From: Bacteriovoracia bacterium
Lineage (GTDB): Bacteria > Bdellovibrionota > UBA1018 > CAIPTA01
Direction: 5' to 3'
NCBI GenBank assembly: GCA_050246755.1
Contig: JBFWVL010000004.1
Location: 128,001 to 192,000, forward strand
Length of the DNA: 64,000 nucleotides
Below, in pieces: positions 48,256 through 58,844 of this stretch. A model generated the notes under the pieces. It searched no databases and was not told the DNA's origin. It saw nothing but the letters and a program-made list of their open reading frames with translations. Numbering within the stretch: the first letter of the stretch is position 1; the number at the start of each line of letters is the position of its first letter. The position numbers were made by a program, and so were the translations under genes.

Positions 48256-49118
48256 GGAACCCTTCCTGGCGGCAGGCCGGAGTTAGTGGAAGTGGGAGCG
48301 GTTAAATCCGAGGCCGGCGAGGGCGGAGGAGCCACAGGAATCGCGGCCTTCTTGGCCTTCTCTTGCTCGGCTAACTTATTGGCGGCCTGAGCGAGAGGCC
48401 CCGCGAGGGCGGCTCTAATATCTTCCATACGCCTAGCGCTCAGCCCGAGATCCCCAAAGGGAAACCGGTTGCGGATGCGATAGTCCACCACGATCTGCGC
48501 AGGATTGTTTTTGGATTCCCGGCCTTCCACCACGATATCGTCGATCGAGTGCAGGAAAGGGTTTTCCAATTCCGCTTCCACGTGAGGATAGGTTTTTTCG
48601 GAGTGAACGATGCGCCAGCCGGGAAAATTATCCCTCAGGGTTTTCTCGATCAAAGGAGTGGCCTCCGCGAGAGGAATTTTTACGCTGATGGATTCGAGGC
48701 CGGAATAATGCATGTTCTGCAAGCCGGCGAGCTCGGAGCGATAGTCGCGATTCAGCTCGAAGGATTTGTCTAAAAACTCCGCGCCGGCCTGCGGCTGGAA
48801 CAGGTAGACCGGCCGCAAGAAAGCCGGCGGCTTCAGCACGTTGGTGGTGAGATCGTTTAGCGGATGAATATAATATAGGTAGCCTGCGCCGCCTAAAGCC
48901 GCGAGCGAGAGCAGTCCGACCAGAAGGGAAAAAGTGGGCATGCCCCGCTTCCCCCACTTCAGGGTTTGGAAGAGCGCCGGGAGAAGGAGAAGCGCCGCCC
49001 ATGCGAGCCCGCCGAGCACTAGGCAGATTCCTAAATTGGGGGAAGTGAATTTCGTGGCGGCACCCGCGAAACCTAAGGCCGCGAGGAGCAGTCCAAGGAT
49101 GGAAAAAAATGCCAGCAT
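48252..49118 (-). CDS. DUF1499-like membrane protein
   Basis: Three N-terminal TMs; NDLTTN..PP.F, DDIVV and GDLG..ARR. Confidence 0.7.
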   Translation of the reverse strand: MLAFFSILGLLLAALGFAGAATKFTSPNLGICLVLGGLAWAALLLLPALFQTLKWGKRGMPTFSLLVGLLSLAALGGAGYLYYIHPLNDLTTNVLKPPAFLRPVYLFQPQAGAEFLDKSFELNRDYRSELAGLQNMHYSGLESISVKIPLAEATPLIEKTLRDNFPGWRIVHSEKTYPHVEAELENPFLHSIDDIVVEGRESKNNPAQIVVDYRIRNRFPFGDLGLSARRMEDIRAALAGPLAQAANKLAEQEKAKKAAIPVAPPPSPASDLTAPTSTNSGLPPGRVP

Positions 49119-50222
49119 CTAGGTTTGCCAGCTCTTCCAGTAATTAGGCAGCTCGAGGGCTTCAGCACTGGCGTCGCGTTGCAAAGGCTTCCGCGAATCG
49201 ATCATCACCGCGTACTCGTTCGTGAATTTCAGGTCTTTGATCTTCTTAAAGGCCTGAGGATGCGGGCCATGCGGAAACCCGGCGGGGTGAAAGCTCATCA
49301 TGCCCGCGTGCAGGTTGGCCCGGCTGAAGAAGTCGCCGTTGTGGTAAAAAAGCACTTCATCGTAGTCGATGTTCTGGTGATAGAAGGGAACCTTGAGCGC
49401 ATCCTCGTCGCTCTCGATCGGTCGCGGCACGAAAGAGCAAACCACGAATCCCGGGGCCACGAAAGTGGTATGCGCGGAAGGCGGCAGATGCGCACGATGG
49501 CTCACGAGGGGCATTAGCTGATCCATATTGAGCGTGAAAGGAAAGAGGTCCCCTTTCCAGCCCAGCACGTCGAACACGCATTCTTCGTATTCAAAACGCG
49601 TGATCTCATTGGAATGTTTCACGTCCACTTCCACGCATTTCATCGTTTGATTTTTTAGCAGCGCCTGCATGGCTTCTAGGTCGGGCAAATTCAGCTGCGC
49701 GGTATCATATACCGCGTTCTTGCCCACCATCCCGCGATCGGGCTCACGGTAGTCCCCAGAAAGGTTTTCGATCAGTAGAAACTGCGTGGGCTCGTGGGCG
49801 AGGAATACGTGGGCGAAGCATTTGGGGATCATGATGTAGTCGCCGGGCCGGTAATTCAGCAGGCCGTACTCGGTGAGCACTTTTCCCGTGCCGAGGTGGC
49901 AGAAATACATGGAGTCGCCGTCGGCATTGCGGAAGGCGTTCAGGTTTTTCGCGTCGTCGGGCTGTACCCACTGCGAATAGATCACGAGGTCGGAGTTGAA
50001 GAGAATACGGTGGCGTTTCCCGCTGCGATCGGCCTTCACTAAATCCAGCATTCGGGGCTTGAGCGGCCCATCGATGGTGCGCCAGCGCGTGGAGGCTTTC
50101 CGCTTTATGAGATGGGAAACGTGGCCATAAAAGCCTTTACGCCCTTGTTCTTCCTCTACGTAACCCTCCGGAATTCCCTTATGGGCTTGGCGGGTGTGAA
50201 TGCCTCGAGATGAAAAGTACAT
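49119..50222 (-). CDS. hmgA: Homogentisate 1,2-dioxygenase
   Basis: FRNADGD, FDVLGWKG, HLPPSAH, PFYHQNIDYDEV and HP.G.PHGP. Confidence 0.93.
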   Translation of the reverse strand: MYFSSRGIHTRQAHKGIPEGYVEEEQGRKGFYGHVSHLIKRKASTRWRTIDGPLKPRMLDLVKADRSGKRHRILFNSDLVIYSQWVQPDDAKNLNAFRNADGDSMYFCHLGTGKVLTEYGLLNYRPGDYIMIPKCFAHVFLAHEPTQFLLIENLSGDYREPDRGMVGKNAVYDTAQLNLPDLEAMQALLKNQTMKCVEVDVKHSNEITRFEYEECVFDVLGWKGDLFPFTLNMDQLMPLVSHRAHLPPSAHTTFVAPGFVVCSFVPRPIESDEDALKVPFYHQNIDYDEVLFYHNGDFFSRANLHAGMMSFHPAGFPHGPHPQAFKKIKDLKFTNEYAVMIDSRKPLQRDASAEALELPNYWKSWQT

Positions 50223-50333
50223 ATGGATGGCTCCTCGGAAAAAGCATAGCACCGTTAGCGTGATGCGCGGAGCGTTATGTGGCGAGGAAAATTGGGCAAC
50301 CCGGCGAAGTTTTTGTTACTTTACGTTTTGCCC

Positions 50334-51371
50334 ATGAGCACCATTTATGGATTTACCCTGCTGCGCAACGGCCTCAAATACGATTATCCCTTTCGGGAAT
50401 CGCTGGCCGGGCTGCGCGGGCTTTGCGAGAAAACATTTCTAGCCCTCGGGAAATCCGAGGATGGCACCGAAGCCGTGGTGCAAGCCCTGCCCAATCTCGT
50501 GATCGTCCCCACCGTCTGGGACGAAGCCAAGCGCCAGGGCGGAACGATTCTCTCCGAGCAAACCAATATCGCCCTGCAGGAAGCACGCAAGAACGGCGCT
50601 AAGGGCTGGGCATTCTATCTTCAGGGCGACGAATGCATTTCCGAGCGCGACTACGCAAAAATCCGCGAGGATTTAGCGGAGGCCGAAAGAAAAGGTTGCG
50701 ACTGTGTTTCGTTTCGCTATTTGCATTTCTGGCAGAGCTACGAAAAATTCTGCATCGGAAAGCGCTGGTATCCGCAGGAGATCCGCGCGATCCGACTCGA
50801 CTCTAAGATCGAGAGTTATGGGGATGCCCAGAGTTTTCGTGGATGGAAGAAGCGCTTCGAGAGCGAAGCCATTATTTACCACTATGGCCATGTGAGAGAA
50901 GCGAAGGCCTACGATCAGAAGAAAAAGGATTTCCACCGCTGGTGGCATGCCGACTCCGAGATCCCCGAGGTTTTAGCCAAGGGAGAAGAGGGAGATAAAG
51001 CTGAGCCCACCCTCGCCTACTACGGCCCTCACCCAGCGGTGATGCAGGAAAGAATAGCATCCCACGGCGGGCTCGCGAATTTACCGAGGCGCGACGTGTA
51101 CGTGTACGGCCGCAAAACGGACTATTCTGAAGATTTCTTGGCCCGCGTTCAGGCCGATCTCCACTGGACCCAAACCGCGAAAGCGATCGTGGAGAGAAAA
51201 GACGAGAATACGATCCTGCTCCGTGAGCTTCCATTCTGGCCGCGATTGTTTAGCTGGGGTTATTTTAAGTCGAAGGTGCCGAAAAAGATGGGATCTCCCC
51301 AGGCGCGGAGGTGGAAGCCGGAGTTCCGGGCGCTCCTGAAGTTTTCCGAGCGCGGCGTGAGAGTGAGCTAA
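50334..51371 (+). CDS. Glycosyltransferase (GT2-like)
   Basis: GFTLLRNG..YDYPF.ES, YLQGDE and IYHYGHVR. Confidence 0.75.
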   Translation: MSTIYGFTLLRNGLKYDYPFRESLAGLRGLCEKTFLALGKSEDGTEAVVQALPNLVIVPTVWDEAKRQGGTILSEQTNIALQEARKNGAKGWAFYLQGDECISERDYAKIREDLAEAERKGCDCVSFRYLHFWQSYEKFCIGKRWYPQEIRAIRLDSKIESYGDAQSFRGWKKRFESEAIIYHYGHVREAKAYDQKKKDFHRWWHADSEIPEVLAKGEEGDKAEPTLAYYGPHPAVMQERIASHGGLANLPRRDVYVYGRKTDYSEDFLARVQADLHWTQTAKAIVERKDENTILLRELPFWPRLFSWGYFKSKVPKKMGSPQARRWKPEFRALLKFSERGVRVS

Positions 51372-51832
51372 GCCCAGGGTCGGGACTGGATAATTTTGGA
51401 TTCGATTTTTTCCATCAAAAAACTCACCCACTTTTCCACCGCTTTTTGATCCATTTCCGAGAAGCGGTTCAGGCTCGGTGAATCCAGGTCGAATACTCCG
51501 AATGCCGCTCCGTTTTTTATCAGGGGAATCACCATTTCGGAACGCGAAGCCGAATCGCAGGCGATATGCCCCGGAAATTCGTGCACGTCAGAAACGAGCA
51601 AGGTTTTCTTTTTGGTGAAAGCGGTTCCGCAAACTCCCCTGCCAATTTTGATTTCGGTGCAGGCCGGTTTTCCGCAAAATGGGCCGAGGATTAACTTCTG
51701 GCCGTCGAATAAATAAAACCCCGCCCAATTAATATCGGGCAGTCGCTGAAAAACAAAGGCGGAGAAATTCGCTAAATCCGCGAGCCATTGCCCGCAAAAA
51801 AGATGCTCGAGCTCGGTGTTGTCGTGGTTCAC
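51368..51832 (-). CDS. msrC: GAF-domain free methionine-R-sulfoxide reductase
   Basis: NWAGFY, GPF.GKPAC, GRGVCG, HIACD and DLDSP. Confidence 0.88.
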   Translation of the reverse strand: MNHDNTELEHLFCGQWLADLANFSAFVFQRLPDINWAGFYLFDGQKLILGPFCGKPACTEIKIGRGVCGTAFTKKKTLLVSDVHEFPGHIACDSASRSEMVIPLIKNGAAFGVFDLDSPSLNRFSEMDQKAVEKWVSFLMEKIESKIIQSRPWA

Positions 51833-52879
51833 CTATTTCAGGTACCCACGCTTTTCCTGATCTCTTTCAATCGCGTCGAAGAGCGCTTGGAAATTCCCGT
51901 TGCCGAAGCCCCAGTGATTTTCCCGTTGGATCAGCTCGAAGAAAATCGGGCCGATCATGTTTTTAGTAAAAATTTGGATCAGGTAGCCGGCCTCGTCTCC
52001 GTCGGCGAGGAGGTTGAGCGACTGCAGCTTCTTCACGTCTTCCCATAGAAGAGGCAAGCGGCCTTTGAGGGCCTCGTAGTAGGTTCCGGGAGGTGGATCG
52101 AGGAAAGCCACCTCTTCGCGCATCAATTCTTGCACCGAGTGCATGGCGTTCGAAACGAGGAAGGCCACGTGCTGGATGCCCGAGCCTTTATACTCTTCGA
52201 TATACTCCTGGATCTGGGATTTGCCTTCCGAAGGCTCGTTGATCGGAATCAAAACTTTATACCCGGGGCTCACCATCACTTTGGAGATCAGGCCGGTTTT
52301 CGTGCCCTTGATGTCGAAGTAGCGCACGTTCTGGAAGTTGAAGATCTTCGAATAGAAATCGCACCACTTGTCCATCTCGCCTTTAGGCACGTTATTGGTG
52401 AGGTGGTCGATTTGAAGCAAGCCTTTCTGGGGCACCACGGGATCGTTCGTGGGAGAAAACTGGGCGCGCAGATCGAAACGGCTTTCCACGAAGTAAATCA
52501 GAGAGTCACCGATTCCGTAGACGGCGGGAAACGGCATGGAGCCATCTTTGCCTTCGAAAGGGCGCGCTCCCCTTTTCACCGCGGTTTCAAAGGCGCGTTT
52601 GGCGTTCGTGACTTTCCAGCCCATCGAGCAAATCGAAGGGCCATGCGCCTGATGGAAGTTTTCGGCGAAACAGCGGCCTTCTTCGGTGAGCAAGAAAACG
52701 CATTCGTTTTGCTCGTAGTATTCGATTTTTTTGGCGCCGTGCTTTCCGGTGCGGGTGAAGCCGAGGCGGCGGAAGAGATCGCGCAGGGCCTGGGGCTTGG
52801 CGCTAGTATATTCTAAAAACGCCATGCCCTCGATGCCGACGGGGTTTTCAACGGGCGTAGTTTCTGCGGGAAATGACAT
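51833..52879 (-). CDS. hppD: 4-hydroxyphenylpyruvate dioxygenase
   Basis: IDHLTNNV, SQIQEY, GIQHVA and GPIFFELIQR..GFGNGNF. Confidence 0.95.
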   Translation of the reverse strand: MSFPAETTPVENPVGIEGMAFLEYTSAKPQALRDLFRRLGFTRTGKHGAKKIEYYEQNECVFLLTEEGRCFAENFHQAHGPSICSMGWKVTNAKRAFETAVKRGARPFEGKDGSMPFPAVYGIGDSLIYFVESRFDLRAQFSPTNDPVVPQKGLLQIDHLTNNVPKGEMDKWCDFYSKIFNFQNVRYFDIKGTKTGLISKVMVSPGYKVLIPINEPSEGKSQIQEYIEEYKGSGIQHVAFLVSNAMHSVQELMREEVAFLDPPPGTYYEALKGRLPLLWEDVKKLQSLNLLADGDEAGYLIQIFTKNMIGPIFFELIQRENHWGFGNGNFQALFDAIERDQEKRGYLK

Positions 52880-52961
52880 GATGCCTCCTAGAATCGTTTC
52901 CCGGAAAATACCACAGTACGAGGCGCAAAGCCCAACGGATCATGCTAGATTTTTCTGGCAA

Positions 52962-53963
52962 ATGACCACCACCGCCAAGAATTTTTCCGCTTCCCAGCTA
53001 GAGCCTTGGCTCCTTCTCGAGATCACTACGGAATGCAATCTTCGCTGCAAGCATTGCCATCTTTGGCGCACGAAAGAAGGCCCCGCGGCGCTTGCTACCG
53101 AACACAAATTGCAGGTGCTCGAAGAGTTTCGCGACTGGAAAAAAAGCGGGAAGGTGGTTTTCACCGGCGGAGAGGTATTCTTGAAGCCCCGGGAAGTCCT
53201 GAGTCTGGCGCGGCGTAGCCGGGAGCTCGGTCTCCACTCCACCGCCTTGTCGAATGCCACCCTCATCACGGACTCTTTAGAAGAAGTGCTGGAAAGCGGG
53301 CTTTCCCAGCTTAGTATCTCCCTCGATGCCCCCACCGCCGGGGCCTATGATTTCACCCGTGGGGTGGAGGGAACTTTTGCTACAGCCGTGGGCAATATCC
53401 GCAGACTGGTGGAACGGCGCAAAGCCCTGGGCAGCTCCGTGGTGATTACCCTAAACACTATCCTCACCCGTTCGCTACTTCCTTCCCTGCAGAGTCATAT
53501 CGAATTCGCCCGCGGCCTTGGCGTGGATGGAATCTTTTTTTTCCCGCTCGAGGCTACGTTCGCCAATGCGGGCCCTAGTGATCCATTTTACGAAAAAGAA
53601 AAGCTCCTGCCCGATTCTGCCACCGCCGACGCATTTGATTTTTTACTGGCCTACCAGGAAAGTAAGGGCTTCGTGGGAAATCCTCGCGAAGATCTTTTAT
53701 TTGTGCGCGAGAATATCTTTGCGGGCACCGCCGCCAATTGCGTGGCCGGCGAGCGGAACATCATCGTAGATCTCAATGGCCACGTGCGTTTTTGCCATTT
53801 AATGGAACAGCATATTTCCGGTGGTAAAAGCTTAGGCAATATTCGCGACGCTTCGCTCCGCGAGCTGTGTACCTCTTCGGCCTCGACGGGATTCCGGGAA
53901 ATCATGCGCGCCTGCCAAGAGCCTTGCGCTTCGCTCAACTGCAATCGCCCTACCGTGCAATGA
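52962..53963 (+). CDS. Radical SAM protein with SPASM/twitch domain
   Basis: CNLRCKHC, TGGE, SLD; C-terminal CVAG..G.V.FC..GNI..C...C...C. Confidence 0.9.
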   Translation: MTTTAKNFSASQLEPWLLLEITTECNLRCKHCHLWRTKEGPAALATEHKLQVLEEFRDWKKSGKVVFTGGEVFLKPREVLSLARRSRELGLHSTALSNATLITDSLEEVLESGLSQLSISLDAPTAGAYDFTRGVEGTFATAVGNIRRLVERRKALGSSVVITLNTILTRSLLPSLQSHIEFARGLGVDGIFFFPLEATFANAGPSDPFYEKEKLLPDSATADAFDFLLAYQESKGFVGNPREDLLFVRENIFAGTAANCVAGERNIIVDLNGHVRFCHLMEQHISGGKSLGNIRDASLRELCTSSASTGFREIMRACQEPCASLNCNRPTVQ

Positions 53964-54694
53964 ATGGAGTTCCTTTGAGCGAAAAAGAAAATAAAGTGAT
54001 CATTTTCACCGACGGCGCCTGCTCGGGAAATCCTGGGCCTGGCGGCTGGGCGGCCATTCTGGTTTCTCCGCTTGGCAAGGTGATGGAGCTCGGCGGCGCC
54101 GCTCCTCACACCACCAATAATAAAATGGAGCTCACGGCTACGGTGGAGGCCTTGCTGGCGCTCACCCGCGTGACCACCCTTTCCACTAAAGAGGTAAAGC
54201 TCTATACCGATTCCAAGTACGTGATTCAGGGAATCACCGAGTGGATACACGGCTGGAAGCGGAACAACTGGAAAACTTCTGCGGGCACCGACGTTTCCAA
54301 TAAGGAAATTTGGGAACAGCTCGATACGGTGGTGGCCCAGTTTAAGATCGAATGGCTCTATGTGCCCGGCCATAGTGGTTTTGCCGGCAACGAGCGCTGC
54401 GATGAAATCGCGGTGGCCTTTTCGAAGAACTATCCCGTTAGCCTCTTCAAGGGGGCGCAGAGCGATTACCGCCTGAAGCTCGATGATATGCCACCTTCCG
54501 GAGCTCCCTCCTCGCGGGGAAAAGCGAAAAAGGGAAAGCCCCTCTATCTTTCCTACGTGGACGGCAAACTCCACCGCGACGCCGACTGGAAGAGCTGCGA
54601 AGCCCGCGTGAAGGGCAAACACGGCGCGCGTTTCAAGCGTGTAGATTCACCGCAGGAAGAAGATGCGATCCTGCATTCCTGGGGATTAAAGTAA
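53960..54694 (+). CDS. rnhA: Ribonuclease HI with C-terminal viroplasmin-like hybrid-binding domain
   Basis: FTDGACSGNPGPGG, TNNKMEL, TDSKYV, GHSG..GNERCD; C-terminal W..CEARVKG..GARFK. Confidence 0.92.
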   Translation: MNGVPLSEKENKVIIFTDGACSGNPGPGGWAAILVSPLGKVMELGGAAPHTTNNKMELTATVEALLALTRVTTLSTKEVKLYTDSKYVIQGITEWIHGWKRNNWKTSAGTDVSNKEIWEQLDTVVAQFKIEWLYVPGHSGFAGNERCDEIAVAFSKNYPVSLFKGAQSDYRLKLDDMPPSGAPSSRGKAKKGKPLYLSYVDGKLHRDADWKSCEARVKGKHGARFKRVDSPQEEDAILHSWGLK

Positions 54695-54758
54695 TTTTTG
54701 AGGTGTCCATTTGAGCGCACGAACTTGATCTGTTAGATCAGGGGTAAGGAGAAAAGCG

Positions 54759-55370
54759 ATGAAATATTTAGTGATGATTTTATTATTGGTGCCAGCGTTT
54801 GCGCAGGCAGATGATCGCTTCGGCGTGATCGGCGGGCTAACTTTCGCCAACGTGCGCGGAGCCGGCGACGGCTACGATTGGCAGAGCTATTTCTTGCCTG
54901 GTTTCTATGCAGATTTGGGCCTCTCGGAGAACGCTTTTATTACGCCGCAGCTTCGCTATATGCGCAAAGGCGCGAGCCTAGCGGACACGATCACTTCCGG
55001 TTATGCCGACATCACCTTGGCCTTGAAGTATTTGGAGCTACCCATCTATTTTAAATATAAATTTCCCGGCGGTACCAGCGTGCGCCCGAATCTTTTCGTA
55101 GGCCCGGCCTTCGGCGTAAAATTGGGGGAATCCATCTCCGTAACGGATCGTTTCACGGGCAAGGTAACCACCCTTCGTCATTTAGATAGCGGTAGCCTTA
55201 GAAAATACGATGTAGCCCTGGAGGCAGGAGGCGGCGTGGAATTCATGCTTTCGGCGGATATGGTGGGTAGCCTTTCCGTGGCCTACTCTTACGGGCTCAT
55301 CGATCTGGACAAAGAAGCCACCAAGGTAAAAACCCAAGGCATTCAAGTTTACGCGGGCATTGGCTTTTAA
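54759..55370 (+). CDS. Outer-membrane beta-barrel protein (porin family, PorT-like)
   Basis: Signal peptide, alternating beta strands, YLELP, terminal Phe. Confidence 0.8.
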   Translation: MKYLVMILLLVPAFAQADDRFGVIGGLTFANVRGAGDGYDWQSYFLPGFYADLGLSENAFITPQLRYMRKGASLADTITSGYADITLALKYLELPIYFKYKFPGGTSVRPNLFVGPAFGVKLGESISVTDRFTGKVTTLRHLDSGSLRKYDVALEAGGGVEFMLSADMVGSLSVAYSYGLIDLDKEATKVKTQGIQVYAGIGF

Positions 55371-55390
55371 CGTACCGCTTCAAAATAAAG

Positions 55391-55410
55391 CCCACCCAAT
55401 TTTGGGTGGG
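55391..55410 (+). terminator. Hairpin, probable terminator
   Basis: CCCACCCAA-TT-TTGGGTGGG followed by a weak T-rich tail. Confidence 0.5.
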
Positions 55411-55453
55411 TATTCTGGCTATTTACGGTCACTTAACGTAAATTAGCGCCCAT

Positions 55454-56833
55454 ATGACTACCAAAGCAAAATCCAAAGCCAAAGGCACCAAAACGTTCGC
55501 ATTCTCTCCGAAAGACGCTGATTACCGCGTTTGCGAAGAAGCGATGAACGATCCCAAAAAATTCGCCGAACTCGCCCGCTGGGGACGCGAAGAAATCAAT
55601 ATCGCCGAGACTGAAATGCCGGGCTTGATGTCGATCCGCAAAGAGTTCGGCAAGTCTAAGCCGCTCAAAGGCGCTCGCATCGCCGGTTGCTTGCATATGA
55701 CTATCCAAACGGCAGTGCTGATCGAAACCTTGATCGACCTCGGCGCCGAAGTGCGCTGGAGCAGCTGCAATATTTTCTCCACTCAGGATCACGCCGCCGT
55801 GGCCATGGCCGCTGTGGGCGTTCCCGTATTTGCCTGGAAGGGTGAAACCCTCCAGGAAGCCGACTGGTGCATCGAGCAGACCATCGAAGGCTGGGGCCCC
55901 AAGAGCTTCAACATGATTCTCGACGACGGCGGCGACCTTACCGCGATGGTGCATAACAAATACCCTCAGATCGTGAAAAACATCATCGGCATCAGCGAGG
56001 AAACCACCACCGGCGTGCACCACCTCATGATGATGCTAAAAGCCGGCAAGCTGAAGATGCCCGCTATCAACGTGAACGATTCCGTGACGAAATCCAAATT
56101 CGATAATCTCTATGGCTGCCGCGAATCCCTCGCCGATGGCATCAAGCGCGCCACCGACGTGATGATGGCCGGTAAAGTGGCCGTAGTGGCCGGTTACGGC
56201 GATGTGGGAAAAGGTTCTGCTCAATCCCTCCGCATGTACGGCTGCCGCGTGCTCATCACCGAGATCGACCCCATTTGCGCCCTTCAGGCCGCGATGGAAG
56301 GCTACGAAGTGACCACGATGGAAGAAGCCGTGAAAGAAGCGGATATCCTCGTTACCGCCACCGGCTGCACCGATATCATCACGAAGGAGCACTTCGAGAA
56401 GATGAAAGACGGCGCCATCGTTTGCAATATCGGCCATTTCGATATCGAGATCGATATGGCTTGGCTCAATAATAATTCCAAGATTACGGAAGTGAAGCCG
56501 CAGGTAGATATTCACACCATGAAGAGCGGTAAGCGCATCATCGTGCTCGCCAAGGGCCGTCTCGTGAACCTAGGTTGCGGCACGGGCCACCCCAGCTTCG
56601 TGATGTCGAACTCTTTTTCGAACCAAGTTTTGGCGCAGATCGAGCTCTACACAAATACTTCGAAGTACAAGAAAATCGACGTATACCGCTTGCCCAAGCA
56701 TTTGGACGAAAAAGTGGCCGCTCTTCACCTCGAGAAAATCGGCGTGAAGCTCTCGAAACTCACCAAAAAACAGGCCGAATACCTGACCGTTTCCCAGGCT
56801 GGCCCGTTCAAGCCGGACCATTACCGCTATTAG
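55454..56833 (+). CDS. ahcY: S-adenosylhomocysteine hydrolase
   Basis: [35 protein letters not shown] and GHPSFVMS. Confidence 0.98.
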   Translation: MTTKAKSKAKGTKTFAFSPKDADYRVCEEAMNDPKKFAELARWGREEINIAETEMPGLMSIRKEFGKSKPLKGARIAGCLHMTIQTAVLIETLIDLGAEVRWSSCNIFSTQDHAAVAMAAVGVPVFAWKGETLQEADWCIEQTIEGWGPKSFNMILDDGGDLTAMVHNKYPQIVKNIIGISEETTTGVHHLMMMLKAGKLKMPAINVNDSVTKSKFDNLYGCRESLADGIKRATDVMMAGKVAVVAGYGDVGKGSAQSLRMYGCRVLITEIDPICALQAAMEGYEVTTMEEAVKEADILVTATGCTDIITKEHFEKMKDGAIVCNIGHFDIEIDMAWLNNNSKITEVKPQVDIHTMKSGKRIIVLAKGRLVNLGCGTGHPSFVMSNSFSNQVLAQIELYTNTSKYKKIDVYRLPKHLDEKVAALHLEKIGVKLSKLTKKQAEYLTVSQAGPFKPDHYRY

Positions 56834-56848
56834 GGCGCACTAGAAGCG

Positions 56849-56877
56849 GCCGCTTGGCGCAAGCCAGGCGGCTTTTT
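56849..56877 (+). terminator. Intrinsic terminator of ahcY
   Basis: GCCGCTTGGC-GCAA-GCCAGGCGGC-TTTTT. Confidence 0.85.
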
Positions 56878-56969
56878 CTATTTTGACGCAGCAATTAGCC
56901 GCATCGGACTTTTTGTGGACTGCGTTGAAAACTCGGGATAAAGGTTCTCCATCTCATTTTGGAGCTTTT

Positions 56970-57329
56970 ATGAAAATCCTCGTCCTACTCTTAGCTTTTT
57001 CCGCCCCTGCCTTCGCCACCGAAGATATGCCCACCTACGGCCGCGCTCCCGCGCCGAATAATTCCTACCTCGCCCTCTACGAAAACGGCGTGGAAAAAGC
57101 CTCCTACGACGTGATGAGCTTCTCGCTCCAAGGGGCTCCTGCCCGCATCATGATCTACGGTGCCCGCGAACGCTCCCACGGATCTTGCACGATTTCCAAA
57201 GAACTGGCTTCCAGCCAAGGCATGAGTCTGGGCGAAATCGGCCTAATGCTCCAAAACGGAATCTCCCTCCATTGCGAAATCGGCCAGAATGCTATGGCCT
57301 CTAGCTTTTGGATCTATCACCGGAACTAA
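56970..57329 (+). CDS. Small secreted hypothetical protein
   Basis: GGAG RBS, signal peptide (AFA), cysteine pair. Confidence 0.7.
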   Translation: MKILVLLLAFSAPAFATEDMPTYGRAPAPNNSYLALYENGVEKASYDVMSFSLQGAPARIMIYGARERSHGSCTISKELASSQGMSLGEIGLMLQNGISLHCEIGQNAMASSFWIYHRN

Positions 57330-57347
57330 AAGCTAAGCGGAGTTGCG

Positions 57348-58841
57348 ATGCTGCGTTTGATCCCTGTGCTTTTCTTCCTCGCTCTTTCCGCCCACGCCGC
57401 CGATTCCATTCAAATCCAGCTCACCCGTGAGCCCAGCACGCTCGATCCCATGCAGGTGAACGACGTCTATGGCTTCGGTGTGATCTCGAACGTGGTGGAA
57501 GGCCTGCTCCGCATCGATGGCCGCGGAAAGCTGGAAAACGGGCTAGCCGCCTCTTATAAGCTAGGCAATAAAAATCTCCGCTACGAATTCGTGATCCGCG
57601 ACACGGCGAAATGGTCCGACGGGGTGCCCGTTTCCGCCGACGATTTCGTGTTCGGCCTGCGCCAGGCGCTGAGCGCCAAGGTGGCGGCGCGGGACGCCGA
57701 TCTGCTCTTTGCGATTAAAGGCGCCAAGGATTACTTCGCCGGGAAATCGGAAAGCCTAGGAGTGTTCCGTAAAGGAAAGAATCTCGTGATCGATCTCGAT
57801 CACCCCGACTCCGCTTTTTTGCAGGTTCTATCGATGCCGCTGGCCGCGCCCGTGCGCAAAGATATCTGGGAAAAAAATAAAGGCGTTTGGAATTTCAGCG
57901 ATCCCGTTACCGGACGCTACCGAATTACTTCCTACAAGCTAGACCGCAAAATCGAACTTGAGCCCAACCCTTTCAATAATTCTCCTGGCCAGCTGCCGAT
58001 TACCTATAAGGTAGTTGCGGAAGAGGCCACCGCCCTGAATCTTTTCGAAACCGGCAACCTTGATATTATTTCTTCGATTCCCAAAACCGAGATCAAAAGA
58101 CTACGTGAAAAGAACCTGATCCAATCGAGCCCCGGAGCCGCCACCTATTTCCTCACCTTCGATATCACTCAGACCCCTTTTCGGGATCTGAATTGGCGCA
58201 AGGCATTCGCCGCGGCGATCGATCGCAAGAGCCTCGCCGCCGTGATGGGCGATACCTTCACGCCCACTTCGAGCTATATTCCGCTCGCGATCGATGGCTA
58301 TAAGTTCTTCGGGAATACCGATTTTATGGCGGCCCTCAATAAGGTAAAGCAATCGGGGGTGAAGCCCGCGGTGAAGATTTTGTTCGGTTCTTCGGCGAAT
58401 GGAAATTTGGTGATGCAAAAATTGCAGGCCGATTTTTCAAAGAATCTCGGCCTAAAAGTTTCGCTGGAGCCCATGGAATGGAAGGCTTTCCTCGGCCGCC
58501 TGGCCGCAAATTCTACCCAAGTTTTTCTGATGGGGCTCACGGCGCCCTATAACGATCCGATGAGCCACCTGAAGCGTTTTAAGAGCGATGAGGCCGACAA
58601 CCACTCTCACTACCAAAATCCCGCCTACGACGAATTGGTGCAGAAAATTGTTGAAACGCCGGTGGGCACAGCCCGCACCAAGCTAATCCAGAAAGCGCAT
58701 GAGCTGATCGTGGCTAAGGACGCGGTGGTGGTGCCCCTTCTCGAAGCGCAGCAAATTTTCGGCGTGGGGCCCTCGATCGCGGGCTTTATGGTGAACCCCT
58801 TCACGGTGATTCAGCTCGATCGACTGAGAAAAACAAAGTGA
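57348..58841 (+). CDS. Oligopeptide ABC transporter substrate-binding protein (SBP family 5)
   Basis: EPSTLDP, EGL, KWSDG.PV.ADDF and TGRY motifs; no permease genes adjacent. Confidence 0.88.
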   Translation: MLRLIPVLFFLALSAHAADSIQIQLTREPSTLDPMQVNDVYGFGVISNVVEGLLRIDGRGKLENGLAASYKLGNKNLRYEFVIRDTAKWSDGVPVSADDFVFGLRQALSAKVAARDADLLFAIKGAKDYFAGKSESLGVFRKGKNLVIDLDHPDSAFLQVLSMPLAAPVRKDIWEKNKGVWNFSDPVTGRYRITSYKLDRKIELEPNPFNNSPGQLPITYKVVAEEATALNLFETGNLDIISSIPKTEIKRLREKNLIQSSPGAATYFLTFDITQTPFRDLNWRKAFAAAIDRKSLAAVMGDTFTPTSSYIPLAIDGYKFFGNTDFMAALNKVKQSGVKPAVKILFGSSANGNLVMQKLQADFSKNLGLKVSLEPMEWKAFLGRLAANSTQVFLMGLTAPYNDPMSHLKRFKSDEADNHSHYQNPAYDELVQKIVETPVGTARTKLIQKAHELIVAKDAVVVPLLEAQQIFGVGPSIAGFMVNPFTVIQLDRLRKTK

Positions 58842-58844
58842 GGG

